DNA of 64,000 nt from Harriotta raleighana. Lineage: Eukaryota. The stretch covers positions 466,842 to 530,841 of the forward strand of contig JBNZDD010013567.1 of the NCBI GenBank assembly GCA_050575255.1, in the 5' to 3' direction. A program made the translations under genes and the position numbers. The notes under the pieces are model-generated. The model did not search any database. It had not been told where the DNA came from and worked only from the letters and a program-made list of their open reading frames with translations. This document shows positions 25,647-37,689 of the stretch, piece after piece. Within the stretch, counting starts at the first letter, position 1, and the number at the start of each line of letters is the position of its first letter.

Positions 25647-27250
25647 ATTAGCAGAAATGGATATTCAAAACTTGTGGTTAAGGCAAGTTGGAACGAAGAT
25701 AAACATTGTGAAGTGATTTATTCAGAGACATATTTCTGTTACTGCAGATTTGGAGATTTCATAATCATCCTTACATTTACAACAACAACAACTTGGATTC
25801 ATATAATGCCCCCCCAAGCCGAACAGCGTCTCAGAGCACTTCCCAATAACGGAATCTGGGGCTGGGCCAGGGGGAGTAGGAAGAAATTAACCCAAAGTGC
25901 GGTCGAATAGAAAGATCTTTAGCCGAGACCTGAAAATAGAAAAGTAGGGGGCGAGGTGAAGGGAGTGAGGAAGAGAGTTCCAGAGCCTCAGGGTGGAGTG
26001 GCTGAAACCACAGCCTCCGCTGGTGGAGCAGAGGATTCAGGAGACAAAGAGCAGGCCAGACCCAGGGGAGTGAAGGCAATGGGTAATGTTGTGAGGAGAG
26101 AGGAGGTCAGAGAAGTAGGGGATTGCAGGGATTTAAAGGAGTGGAGGGAATTAAATAAGAACATCAGGATCTTGAAATCGATCCTGTCCTGGACAGGGAG
26201 CCAGTGTAGTCTGGCAAGGACTGGAGTAAACGAGGAGTGGAGTTTGGTATGGATGAGAATGCGGTCGGCAGAGTTCTCTAAGAGCTGGACCTTATGAATC
26301 GTAGCAGAGGGGAGACCGGCGAGGTGGGCATTTGAGTAGTCTAGCCGAGAGGTGACAAAGGCATGGACCAGGGTTTCGTCAGCTTTTGGGATTAGATAGT
26401 GGCAGAGACGGGGTGATGTGTTGGAGATGGAAGAAGGCATTGCTGGTGAGGGACCGGATGTAGGGGAGGAAGAATAATTGGGGGTCGAAACTGACTCCTA
26501 AATTGCATACGGATTCGGAGAGTTTTAGGGGCAGTTTGGGTAGGTGGAGTAGATGGAGTAGATGGGATCTGTGTGATTGAAGACATTGATGAGAGCCAAA
26601 GAGTATGGATTCCCGTCTTGTCAACATTTAGCTGAAGGAAATTTGCGCTCATTCAGCCTCTGATGTCTGACAGGCAGGCTGACACAACATCTGAGGACTG
26701 GGGTTTGCAAAGTGAAGTGGAAAAGTAGAGTTGGGTGTCATCCGCGCACATGTTGTGGAAGTGTACCCCATGTCTGCAGATGACATCCCCAAGAGGGAGT
26801 ATATAGATTAGGAAGAGGAGGGGGCCCCACAGTTAACTGGGTGAGAACGGGAGGAAAAGCCATTTGTGGAGATGTACTGCTGGCGGTTTGTGAGGTAGAA
26901 CTTGAACCACGCGAGTGCAGTCCCACTGAGGTGGATGATGGAGGACAGGCAGTGGAGAAGGAGTGGCATGATCGACTGCGTCGAAAGCAGCAGAGAGGTC
27001 AAGGAGGTATGAGCCAAATTAGATGAAACGGATATTCAAAACTTGTGGTTAAGGCAAGCTGGAACGAAGATCAGAATAAACATTGTGAAGTGATTTATTC
27101 AGAGAAGTATTTATGTTATTGCAGATTTGGAGATTTCATAATCATCCTTACATTTACAACAACAAAAACTTGGATTTATAGCGCCCTCCAAGCCGAACGG
27201 TGTCTTAGAGCACTTCCCAATAACAGATCCCGAGGCTGAGCCAGGGGGAG
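25647..27250 (+). repeat. ~230 bp diverged direct repeat (25647-25876 and 27018-27250) bracketing the L2
   Basis: Both copies read ggatattcaaaacttgtggttaaggcaag...gatttggagatttcataatcatccttacatttacaacaac...gagcacttcccaataac...ccagggggag. ORFs 25674..25910 and 27045..27239 are near-identical. Confidence 0.92.
25779..27015 (-). mobile_element. 5'-truncated L2-clade LINE with frameshifted reverse transcriptase
   Basis: Minus-strand peptides [38 protein letters not shown] (YADD at 26737-26748 mutated to CADD), MSANFLQLNVDKT and ETLVHAFVTSRLDYSNAHLAGLP..LHWLPVQDRIDFKIL are hallmark L2 ORF2 motifs. A (GTT)n tail lies at 25779. Confidence 0.95.
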
Positions 27251-27284
27251 GGGGACAAAGGTGATTATTAATTGATTATTAATA

Positions 27285-28141
27285 CAGTAAAATCCTGTTT
27301 ATCTGGCGCCCTCGGGACTTGGCCAATGCCGGTTAAACAGCATGCCAGATATTTGGAAGAAAACCCAACACAAAAAAAAAACTTTTTTTTAAACATACGA
27401 TATCAATAATAGACTAAGTAATAACAATATTATATGGATAGTTAGCAATAATATTGATTACAGTCTATAAACACAGTACACAATCACAAAGCAAACTTCT
27501 ACAACGGCAGATGCCAGTGGCTTAAAGCAATACTGTTGGTTTTTCCTTTTTTTTCTTTCTCTCCCTCCTTCCCTCTCTCTCTCTCTTTCACACACACACA
27601 CTCAGTCAGTCTGGCATCTTAATGGCTCCAAACCCAACCACTCCTCACCACTCCTCTCATTTTCCATCTAAATTAATCAACTCTCTCTCCCACTCTCTCT
27701 CTTCACCCCCCACCCTCTCTCTCCCTGCCTTTCTCTCCTTCTCCCACTCCACCCCCCACCAAAACAGTGTATAAACCCACGATACAATCAGGCTATACAG
27801 GCAATACTTAGTATCCGTCAGAGAAAGATGGAAAGAAAGACAAAAAGGAAGGAAGGAATGGGAATAGATAGAAGGAGAGGAAGGAGAGAGAGAAAAAGGA
27901 GAGAGGAAAAACTGACAAACTGTTTTTAAGAAAAACCTTTAAGAAGAAAAAACAGAAGTGCCACTACCAGCAACATTCAGAACTAACCGTACTGTACTCT
28001 TGTGCGACAATCGACTCATTAAATGCCCCACTGCGATTGTGCCGGATAAGATCCGGTTATTCGAATGTGGACTTTTTTTTTGAGGCGCCGGTTATACGGA
28101 AGTTCCAGTTGATCGAGTCACAGATAAACGGGCTTTTACTC
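27285..28141. mobile_element. non-autonomous Tigger/pogo-like (Tc1/mariner) MITE, copy 1
   Basis: TA|CAGTAAAATCCTGTTTATCTGG ... CAGATAAACGGGCTTTTACTC|TA gives a ~22 bp TIR with a TA duplication and no ORF. Confidence 0.85.
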
Positions 28142-28398
28142 TAATAACAATAATCCTTGCACTTGATATGGTGCTTTTCACGTCTTCTAAGCGTCTCAAA
28201 GCACTTCACACAATATATTATCAAGCGAATTGACTGTATATTTTGTGGCGCAACACCTCAGCTAAATGGCCATAGCAGAGTCCCACAAACAGTTGTGGAT
28301 TGAAATGACCAATTTTTTTTTTGAGGGATTATTATCAGGCAAGTGGAGGAAGGAAACTTGCCGAAGGTTTCACCCTGCCTGGAATCAAACCCAGATTT
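28142..28398 (-). mobile_element. Deu-SINE truncated in the tRNA head
   Basis: Reversed tail, Deu core and ggaaacttgccgaaggtttcaccctgcctggaatcaaacccag (B box on the minus strand). Confidence 0.88.
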
Positions 28399-28424
28399 GA
28401 TCCACCTTTAGTGTCAGGGCGATA

Positions 28425-28650
28425 CAACAACAACAGCAAAATTACTCTTGTACAGCATCTTTCACATCAGGAGGATATCTCAAAGCATTTTATAGCATCT
28501 TACTGTAAAGTGTAGTGACTGTGTATTGTGGGCAAATGCTGCAGTTAGTTTGTGCACATCAGTGTTCCACAATGCAGTCAAGAAGTGAATAACTAATTTT
28601 ATCTGGGAGATTGGTTATTAGAGAAACCAGGAGAATCTCCTTTTACCTTC
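28425..28650 (-). mobile_element. older DeuSINE fragment with (GTT)n L2-type tail
   Basis: caacaacaacagc tail, tttgtgcacatcagtgttccacaa Deu remnant and accaggagaatctcc. Confidence 0.6.
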
Positions 28651-29419
28651 CACCTAAATTGGAACAACTAGTATGTATAATTTATAGCACTTCATGTTTA
28701 TGGTGAGTGATGAGATGGAAGAAGATCAACCACCCAGCAACAACAACCTATTTCAGCAACCACAAAATTACTTTGTATGGCACCATTCATGTTGGGAGGA
28801 CTTCCCAAGATGCTTCACAATGATAAGCGAAAAAGTTTACCCCCGGATTACACTTTTATCATTACTTTGAATATTGCTTTCAGAACTGAGCAAAAACAAA
28901 GTTCTCTCTTCAGACCTGACCATTGCCTAAACCTGTGGCACAGATCCCCCAAATAAAATTAAGGAATATTGCATCTTCTGCACAACAGTCATGGTAAGTG
29001 GAGACCGCTCTTTTAGTAAGTTCTCAAAAGCTTAATGAAGCTTCATATTATCTGTTTCCTTTGAGGTAAATGATCTGTGTCAACAGGCACTGCTTAAACC
29101 TAGCTACTCGTCCAATATTTACACAACCACAGTGTGTGTACATGAGTATGGAATACAGACAGAAGCATTGTAAGTGTACAAACTGTTTGACATGGTGGTT
29201 TGTCATTAATCATCTCTGTTACTGTCTCTGTGTGGACCAACTTATTTATGTTTTTCCAGTCGTTAGAGTTTAGACACTAAAAGATCAGTGATTTTAAATG
29301 AAATATTCATTAGAGCAAAATTATTTTCATTTAGTACAATGTAATACCATACGGGTGGGTCCAACTTGTACTGAATATGATACATTTGACTAATTTTAAT
29401 GGGTCACACTCCAATCCCT

Positions 29420-29544
29420 CCCTTCCTGCCCTCCATCCCTCCTGATCCCATCCCCTGCTCAGGTCCAAAATCCTAACTGTCCAGTGCCTTGGGACATCCT
29501 CCCGACATAAAAGGCCCTATACAAATGTAATTTTTTGTTGTTGT
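29420..29544 (+). mobile_element. L2 3' UTR/tail
   Basis: cccctgctcaggtcc...cagtgccttgggacatcctcccgacataaaaggccctatacaaatgtaattttttgttgttg. Confidence 0.8.
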
Positions 29545-29737
29545 ACTATTGGCACAGAAATTGTGACATCCAACGGAAAGGACTGCTTCCAGCATACTGA
29601 GGCACTGCCCCATATCATGGACACTAAATCAATGCAAGTTGCTTTTGTTATATTAACCAGAGCTCTTTGATCATCTGCTTTACAGAATCTCTTTGTTGTA
29701 TTATTTTTGATCTTGATAGAAACAGGCCTTCTATTTA

Positions 29738-30358
29738 CTGTAAAATCCTGTTATCCATGACTTGATGAACTGGAAAACCCGTTGAACCGGAACCTCAAAA
29801 AAAAGTCCCGATTCGATAAACCAGAAGTTATCCGGCAGAATAGTGATGACGCATTTAATGAATTGATTGTTGCACGCGAGTACTAGTGCAAGTATTTTGG
29901 CTGGCCGCTAGTTTAGCCTAAACTCGCTCCGGCCGTTTTTTTAAAAAGTCGCGCAAAGGCCATGTTTTCCTCCATGGGGGCTGCCATTGCGAAGTTAAGT
30001 ATAAATAATAAAGTACTAATACAATATTCTGTTATTGTAGTATTGTTAATAGTGTATTTGGTCTATTATTTATATAGTATTGTTTAACATTTACAATAAA
30101 GTAGCCATACAAGATTCTGTTATTTCAGTATCCGATATTACTGTATTTACTCTATTATTTATATGGTACAGTGTACAACATTTACAATAAAATACCGATA
30201 ATACTGTTATTATCTGTTATTTAGTCTATTCTTAATATGGTTGTGTTCAAATAATTTTTAATTTTAAAAAAAATGTTTTTTTTTAAAAGTTCAACCGTAA
30301 AACCGTTTAACCGCCACTGGCCAGGTCCCATGGGTGCCAGATAAAGGGGCTTTCACTG
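29738..30358. mobile_element. Tigger/pogo-like MITE, copy 2 (inverted relative to copy 1)
   Basis: TA|CTGTAAAATCCTGTTATCC ... CCAGATAAAGGGGCTTTCACTG|TA. The first ~150 bp are the reverse complement of 27990-28141, and the last ~70 bp match the reverse complement of 27285-27350. Confidence 0.85.
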
Positions 30359-30612
30359 TATAATTTTCTGGATTTCGGTTTCAATCATCACAAATGATCC
30401 TTTAATTTCTATTACTTATTGTATTTAATTATACTAATAATCCTTGAATTTTTCTTTTTTGCGTGGAACTCCTTCACAGTGTTAACTGTAAAATATAGTG
30501 ACTGTGTATCCTATCTCTTGGCATCCTAACTAACAATTTCCTAAATAAGATTGGCTATTAATGCTGTTTGCATTGCTATGTACAAATTGGTTGCCGCATT
30601 CTCTTACAAAAT

Positions 30613-30730
30613 ATAATAATAATAATCCTTGCATTTGATATAGCACCTTTTACAACATTGAGACGTCTCAAAGTGCTTTGCACGATATACAGTACTGTGA
30701 AATTAATTCACTGTATATTTTGTGGGTGAA
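30613..30730 (-). mobile_element. Deu-SINE 3' tail
   Basis: ataataataataatccttgcatttgatatagcaccttttacaacattgagacgtctcaaagtgctt. Confidence 0.8.
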
Positions 30731-31771
30731 AGATACACGGATATAGATTGGTGCAGAAGCATACATTGATGCTGTGTGAAAGCTGCATAGTGGCAACATG
30801 ATGTATCATGCCAACAAATTTGCCATTATTTAGCTGAGCTGAATGTCTAGCCAATCTGCTGCGTATATATGCTTGTTACAGAATGCTCAGCTGCTGTTCC
30901 TCGAAACAACTTGTTGGGATTTGTTGGTTTATTGCAAAATCCATCAAATGGTGATTTGAGGCTGCAGTGGCAACAGGAATTTCAGTTGACTTGAGCAAGA
31001 AAACGATAAATCTGGTAGGTTTTCCTGCTTCTATTACAATCCACTTTCTTTTGCATAGAAAGCGCGTATGAATATAGGGGGAAAGCTAGTATTAGTTGAG
31101 CTCTGATGTGGTATTGAAATGAACATTGACTATCTCTGCTTGGCCTCACACATGAAAGCATGTCACTTGGATAACTTGTAACATACTGGAGGGCTGCTGT
31201 GGCCTTTCAAATTTTGGTCTTAGTATGAGAGCGTGTCTTCAGCAGAGAGAAAACAAATAAAGAACATTCCTCAAACTTGAAACTTATAGGATCCATTAAC
31301 GAGAGCTTTAAAATCTGTGAATGCAGATTGCTGTACTGGTGCATTACCCTATCAACCTGAAAACCTGGAAATGCTTGAAAAAAACATAAGCCAAGTTATA
31401 ATAGAGGAAATGATCCAAACTCTTTAAAGCAAAAATAGTTTTCTGAAAATACCTAAAATGTGCACAAAGTACTCAATGCCGAAAAGGCTCTTGTGCAAAA
31501 CCTTTGAAAACAAAGCCTTGATATTCACACAATGTAATGATAATAAAGTTGGTGTAGATTTCTTTAGCACAGTTTGACAATGAAGTGGATTGTACTATAT
31601 ACTGAGCTACGCTACGCATATCTTTCCAACATGCTAATTCTGTTGCTGCTGCAATAAATTCATAGCAGTTGAAAGACTTTGAGAACATTTTATTTTAGCT
31701 TGCTGTTCCAACAGGAAGTGGAGTTCTGTACTCTTATGACCTGCGACATTTAGCTCACGGTTTTCACCAGT

Positions 31772-31980
31772 TAATAATAATCCTTGGATTTGATATTATT
31801 CTTTATCATAATTCTGCCTCACAGGATTTTACTGCAAAGTGTAGTAACTATGTGTTTGTAAGCAAACGTGGTAGCCAATTTCCACATGGCAGAGTCCTAC
31901 AAATAACCATGAAGTGAATGACTAATGTTATCTAGAGCATTATTGACCAGGAAACTGGGAGAAACTCCCTTCTCTTTCCG
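31772..31980 (-). mobile_element. older DeuSINE fragment
   Basis: taataataatccttgg tail, gtagccaatttccacatggcagagtcctacaaa Deu remnant and gaccaggaaactgggagaaactccc. Confidence 0.6.
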
Positions 31981-32151
31981 TGTAGTTTCACAGAATTTAG
32001 TATTTCCAGACATGCTTTTGTTTACATGCCTAGTTGTTAAAACGCAAGCCTTTGATATTAATGCTTCCAAATGTGGTTCTACATTTTAAGTGAAGCGAAT
32101 CAATGCTTTTCAGCAGATGAGATAATCACCAGGAGAAGGGAGAATGCCACA

Positions 32152-32785
32152 AACAACAGCAACAAAGTTACATTTCTAGAGCACCTTTCATGTAGGGAGG
32201 ATGTCCCAGGGTGCTGAAGAGTCAGGTTGGGACCCGAGCAAAGGAGAGGGCGGGGTAAGGGTGAAAGAGAGTTGGGAGGGCAGCAGAAGGCAGGATCGAA
32301 GAGGAGGGTCTTGAGACCGGCCTTGAAGGAGGCAAGGGAGGAAACCGGTCGGAGGGACTGTGGGATGGAGTTACAGAGTGTGGGGGCAGAGAGGTTGAAA
32401 GCCAATGATGGAAGGGCAGGGGACATGGAGCAGACCAGAGCCTGCTGAATGAATATGGGGTGGGCAGATTCATAGGGGGACAGAAGGTGGGAGAGATAGA
32501 AGGGTGCAAGGTCATAAATGAGGACATGGATCTCGAATTCAATCTTCTGGGGGATGGGAAGCCAATGGAGCCAGGCAAGGGTGAGTGATGTGGTCACGGA
32601 GCTTGGTGCGGGAGAGGATACGAGCTGCAGAGTTCTGGATGATCTGCAGCTTGTGAAGGGAAGAGCTGGAAAGGCTGGCGAGGAGGGAGTTTTCATAGTC
32701 GAGCCTTGATGTGATGAATGCGTGGGACAAGGGTTCTGGAGGCCTGAGGAGTGAGGCAGTGGCAGAGTCTGGCAATGTTGCGAAA
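32152..32785 (-). mobile_element. 5'-truncated L2 LINE (ORF2 C-terminus + tail)
   Basis: Peptides EPLSHAFITSRLDYENSLLASL..LHKLQIIQNSAARILSRTKLRDHITH, LAWLHWLPIPQKIEFEI, LAPFYLSHLL and SLASFKAGLKTLLF; (GTT)-type tail. Confidence 0.93.
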
Positions 32786-33689
32786 GTTCAAACCCACTTT
32801 CACATCAAATCTTACACCTTGCTCTAATTTGGTCTATGTAAAGTAGATTGCTTTTGTAGTCTACTTTCCTCCTACAATTAACAAAACAAAAAGTACCTGT
32901 TATAAAGTGCTGTGGTATCATTATGTTTGATGATAACAGTTACACTAAAGCTAAAAATAAACTCAGAAGATGGGGAGGAAATGGTCTAACCTTTCATCTC
33001 ACCCGATGGAAGGTTAGGCCATTTAATTTAATGCTGATTATTATTTATTGGTGATTTACATTATATAATATTTCTAAATAGTTAAAAGTGATTTGAAGAC
33101 TCAGTGAAGTAATATAAAGAGATCGATTATAAATATAGATGAATCGTAAAATTCTAGGGCCACGTGGAATGTGCTCCTTTCTTGAACCTTAAGACGCTCC
33201 TAATTTTTCAACAGCCCATTGTCAAAGTTGCTGTCAATCACATCAAGCAGTTCTTAATCTGCTATTTGTGTTCTTTGCATGAAAGGTGCTATACAAATGT
33301 AATTTTATTGTTGTTCTCATTGGTAACTATATACTAATGCCTGGCCATGTTTAATGTTTTGCAATACGGTGGGAGGAACTGTTATTGGTCTCAACTGTGA
33401 GTGGTGTCTCCTTGAGCACCCCAATCACGCTTGAATTCACTTGCCGTTAGATGGTTCCAGAACTTTCAAAATGCTTATGTACTTTTATCGTTTCTGCAAA
33501 GGTTTGATGTCAGGATCCTGCATGATGACTTATAGAAAGTCAAGGGCTTCACTTCACATTTGTTCAGCTGAATAAACCAGTTGTTGAAAATATATTTTGA
33601 TTTGTGGACATGACTTGCTGTCAGTGGCATGTTACCTAGTGATGATGTAGACATGCCTTTCTAGCTGCTCGGCTACAATTCTTTTTACT

Positions 33690-33970
33690 TGTCTCACTCG
33701 CTCTCTCACACAAACACACATATACATTCTCTCTCACTCATACATACGCATTCTCTCCCACAATCACACATAAACATTCTCTCACACACAATCATTTTCT
33801 CACACATATGCATCCACACTCACACACTCACGTTCTTCTGTTTCACATTCTTTGTCTTGCAGAAAATCACATGGTCTCTGACACACTGACACTTTCTCTC
33901 TGACACACATTCTTATACACACATTCATTCTTTCTTGTTCAATCTCACTTTTCCACTCTCTTACTTGCAC
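33690..33970. repeat. degenerate (CA)n/(CT)n microsatellite
   Basis: ctctctcacacaaacacacatatacattctctctcactcatacatac... Confidence 0.85.
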
Positions 33971-34771
33971 ACAAAGTTATTATACAGCGTTCATTGCTAA
34001 CTCTGATGTGGGAGACCTTGCACACATTCAAAAAATAATCACAAATAAATAAATGATGAGGTGAACACAATTGGATCGTTCTAAAATATTAATATTTAAT
34101 GACCTATATATGAGCTGTCGTCTGGGATTCACACTGAGCAGTAACAAAGATCAGCCTCCTGCAACAGATCAGCAATTTATGGCACTAGCTTGGCTACCCT
34201 AGGTATAAGCACACCTCATAAAATGCCACTTTAAGTACTTTCCTAACATATGTATAAGGATTCTCATTTCATGAAGAACTACCTCTCATTGGGATGTACA
34301 GCAAGCTTTGAGTAATTAGGTTTGAATCCTTTGTTTAGCGCCTTTGGTGTCTGGAGGACATCCCAAGGCTCTGGACAGTAGGGATTTGGCCAAAAACTTC
34401 ACTTCCATAAGTAATTCCAAAGAGCTTGGAAACCAAACTTTCTATTTCCAGTAGTGAGGTGACAAATTGATTTCTCCCACTGCACCCCCCACCAACAAAA
34501 AGCTGACAGTTAATAAAACGGCCAATTAATGAGTGTTGGGTTATTTCTATATCCCAATGATTTTGAGAGATGAAATCAGAAATTATTAACTTGGAATCTT
34601 GTCCCGCAATTCATGGTGAGAGTTACTGAACCACTGTATTATACTGTAATTCACTTCTGAACACTATGCTCCTGGTATTTACACTGGCTACTCCTAGTGT
34701 CATAGTATCATTCTGGGCAGTGGGTGGCAGTGGTAAATCACACAGCATTTGGTGTACTAGCATTGGACATG

Positions 34772-34930
34772 TAACCAGACAACACAAAATAAACTTGGTG
34801 AACTCTGGGACAATAAAGAAAATTTCTCTCTGACTCTCAAGGGCANTTCAAGCAACTAACCAGACAACACAAAATAAACTTGGTGAACTCTGGGACAATA
34901 AAGAAAATTTCTCTCTGACTCTCAAGGGCA
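34772..34930 (+). repeat. perfect 74 bp direct repeat flanking an N (34846), probable scaffold-gap overlap
   Basis: 34772-34845 is identical to 34857-34930, separated by n plus 10 bp. Confidence 0.85.
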
Positions 34931-35204
34931 GTTATTGAAGTAGCAATTATTTGAATTGATGTTTAAATGAATATTTTACCAAATATATATTTTAAAGTAT
35001 ATTGGCCTTTACCTCTCTGTCTTCCATTAAAGCCATGATGATATCATGGTTAGTTTTTCCAGCTTTGCAAGGATTCATGCTGTGTTTATTATTGTGATAA
35101 AATTACTTGGAGAAAGACTAATTTGCAATTGACATTTAACAGTAACAGCTGAGGTACAGATGATGACTCCAATGGGAGTGCAGAAAGTAATAACTAATTT
35201 CTCC

Positions 35205-35399
35205 CCAAAAAATTGGTCGCACAATCCACGACTGTTTGTGGAACATTGCTGTGCGCAATTAGCTGCCATGTTTCCAGCGCCTTAGGACGTCCTCCTGTTA
35301 TGAAAGGTGTTTTCTATTCTGTGAAGAACATTGAGATGTTTCTGTGGCATGATAAGGCGCTACTTCAAATGCAAGGATGATTATTATTATTATTATTAT
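35205..35399 (+). mobile_element. Deu-SINE 3' half with an internal L2 stem-loop
   Basis: Deu core, then cagcgccttaggacgtcctcctgttatgaaaggtg (L2 hairpin), then the normal SINE tail and (ATT)n. Confidence 0.75.
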
Positions 35400-36219
35400 A
35401 AGTAATGTTATTCAAGTTAATATCCTACTTAATAAATAACGCTTTGGAGAATGAACAGTGACAAGATTTGCACAATAAATAGATAGCAAAAACTGTTGTG
35501 AGGAGGGGAGTGGTGGGGCTCGGGCATCAAGATGTGGAACTTGGCTTTAGTGCAGCTCACTGCATGAAGGGCTTGTTTCAGAAAAAGAGCACCACATTCC
35601 ATCTGTATGCTCAGCGCTCTCACAATCGGGGCAGGTTATAAATGCAAGCAGTTGTGCCAGCTTGCTGCATTCACAGTTGTGAATGTGGGTCCATTCTGAC
35701 TGGTTTTGTATGTTTGCATGAGCTCCTAACCACAGCGTGACTGTAACCACAAGCTTGCTGGATGTCAAATCAAAACCCTCATTCACAAGATGCAGAAGGT
35801 TAGCCTCGCTGTTCGTTCTCAGAAATTGATCATTGATCTCGTTCCTGCACACAGGCTGTTTCCCTTCAATTTTTTTGAATACTGTATTTTTTTTAAAAAC
35901 TCAGTGTTAAGTCTGTTTAATGACGGGTTTGCAATTTGAGGGATAATATTTATCACTTTTACTACCACAGGTTGCCTTTATAATCTGGCCACAGACCATG
36001 TTAGTATTTCCAGGGGGAGAATTAATTTCAGCTCAGAGTAATCTAAATGCTGACCTTGACTTGCCACTGCCTGAATTCTGTGTTCTAAATGGTTCCCAGT
36101 GTTGAGGCTCAGATCCATTTTCCAGTGTGGGTGGATTTGTGCACTTGTAGAAACTGGTAGGAGATTCTGATTAAATCCTTTTCCTGCTCAATCACCATAT
36201 CCTACACTTAATGCCCCAT

Positions 36220-36290
36220 CAACACAATACAATTTACTTTTGTACAGCGCCTTTCAAGGTAGGAAGGACGTATAAAAGTGCTTTGCACAG
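36220..36290 (-). mobile_element. L2 3' tail
   Basis: caacacaatacaatttacttttgtacagcgcctttcaaggtaggaaggacgt. Confidence 0.6.
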
Positions 36291-37250
36291 CTGGCTGGAG
36301 CAATGAGCTGCTGATGGGAGCTAAAGAAGGTTTGCCAGGTGGGGATGATGCATGAAAATGCAACTAGTCAAACAGTTTGTGCAGAGAATTAAGACAACCA
36401 CAGGTATGTTGCCTTAACAAAGTTCTGGATCTACACAGGACTATAAACACGGGTATTCTCTGTATCCTCCAGTCCGAATTGGAAATTTGCTTAGCAGAAA
36501 TCATGTAAAAATCAGGCTCATTGTGCAGACAAGTCTTGTGTGTATTTTACAATTTCAGTGCATGAATATCTGAGTAACGGGGGAATTAAAACAACAATTT
36601 CAATATCATGCAAATAGACAAGGGGGCTTGCACTACCTTATTCATTTCCTGCCTTGCACATAAGATAGATAACCTGACAAGCTCAGGTCATTCAAGGTAA
36701 AATGCTAACCTTCAGGTACTTTTGGGCAATTTCTAAGAAAAAGTCTCTGAGTTGCTGATCCTTAACTATCATTTTTGGGGTGAAAGGAATGGACAAGAAC
36801 TGGGACTAGCTTTGTGTACAGGCAGTACTTGTTTAGAGCCAAGCTTTTATGTACATAAATTCAATCTGTGGAGTTGGGGATATTTACTTAGATTTGTTTG
36901 CAGCAATTCTATGTGGCTGCGTTTATTGCCAGGCTGCCTTCACTCACAAGCCCAGGTCATAGCTTGCAACACAGCCTCTCACAAATGTGAATAGCAACCT
37001 GCAACTTACATAGTTTTGACCTTTCCTGGAGATAAATTATATAGATAAATGGGGAAAGAGAGCCTTTGGTGTCTTGTGGTACCATTTAGGATGGATATGT
37101 GATGTGAGAAAATGTCTGGAGTTGCATTGGAATGCAGGATGAGCAACCTGTTACATTTTTATCAAATATTTCAGTTGACATATGAAATATATAACAGGGT
37201 TTATACTCTTTACCTCTACAGTACAAAACAAGCATAAATTCCCAATTGTA

Positions 37251-37316
37251 TTACATAGAATTACATAGAATATACAGTATAGAAAATGGAAATTCGGTCC
37301 AACTGGTCTATGCTGA
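37251..37316 (-). mobile_element. CR1-type LINE/SINE 3' end (HER1/HE1-like)
   Basis: ttacatagaattacatagaatatacag...ggaaattcggtccaactggtctatgc has a reversed (ATTCTATGTA)n CR1-style terminal repeat and the adjacent hairpin region. Confidence 0.6.
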
Positions 37317-37689
37317 CAATTCTAAATTATTCTAATTTAATCAATATTCCTGATGTTATGTTAAAAAAAGTACAAAGCATGGAGTTTACCAATGACATTT
37401 GTGTCATTCTATCTTTGAGTTGCTTGCCTTAAATCCGCAAATGTAACATCTGCGTCTTTTGTTTGGGGTTTGGTTTTAATGGATTACACAGTTGCATTCC
37501 TCAGTTGGAGACAAGACCACATTCGACAATTTGGCAAGTTTCTCACAATCAATTGAGTGACCATAGGAACTGCCTGCAAACCCAGCTACTGCAATGGACA
37601 GCAATTACCTGTGAATCACTATATTACACTCAGAGAGTATTGTGTTTATAATTCTAGTAATTCAAGCACTACTCCTACAAACATGGTTT

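Noticed and set aside
25988-27017. ORFs with RT similarity as an active or domesticated reverse transcriptase
   Set aside because: Multiple frameshifts, YADD mutated to CADD, the GVPQGS motif deleted and 5' truncation mark it as a dead L2 copy.
32100-32775. 198 aa ORF (longest in the window) as a host gene
   Set aside because: It is a frameshifted L2 ORF2 C-terminus running into the 3' UTR.
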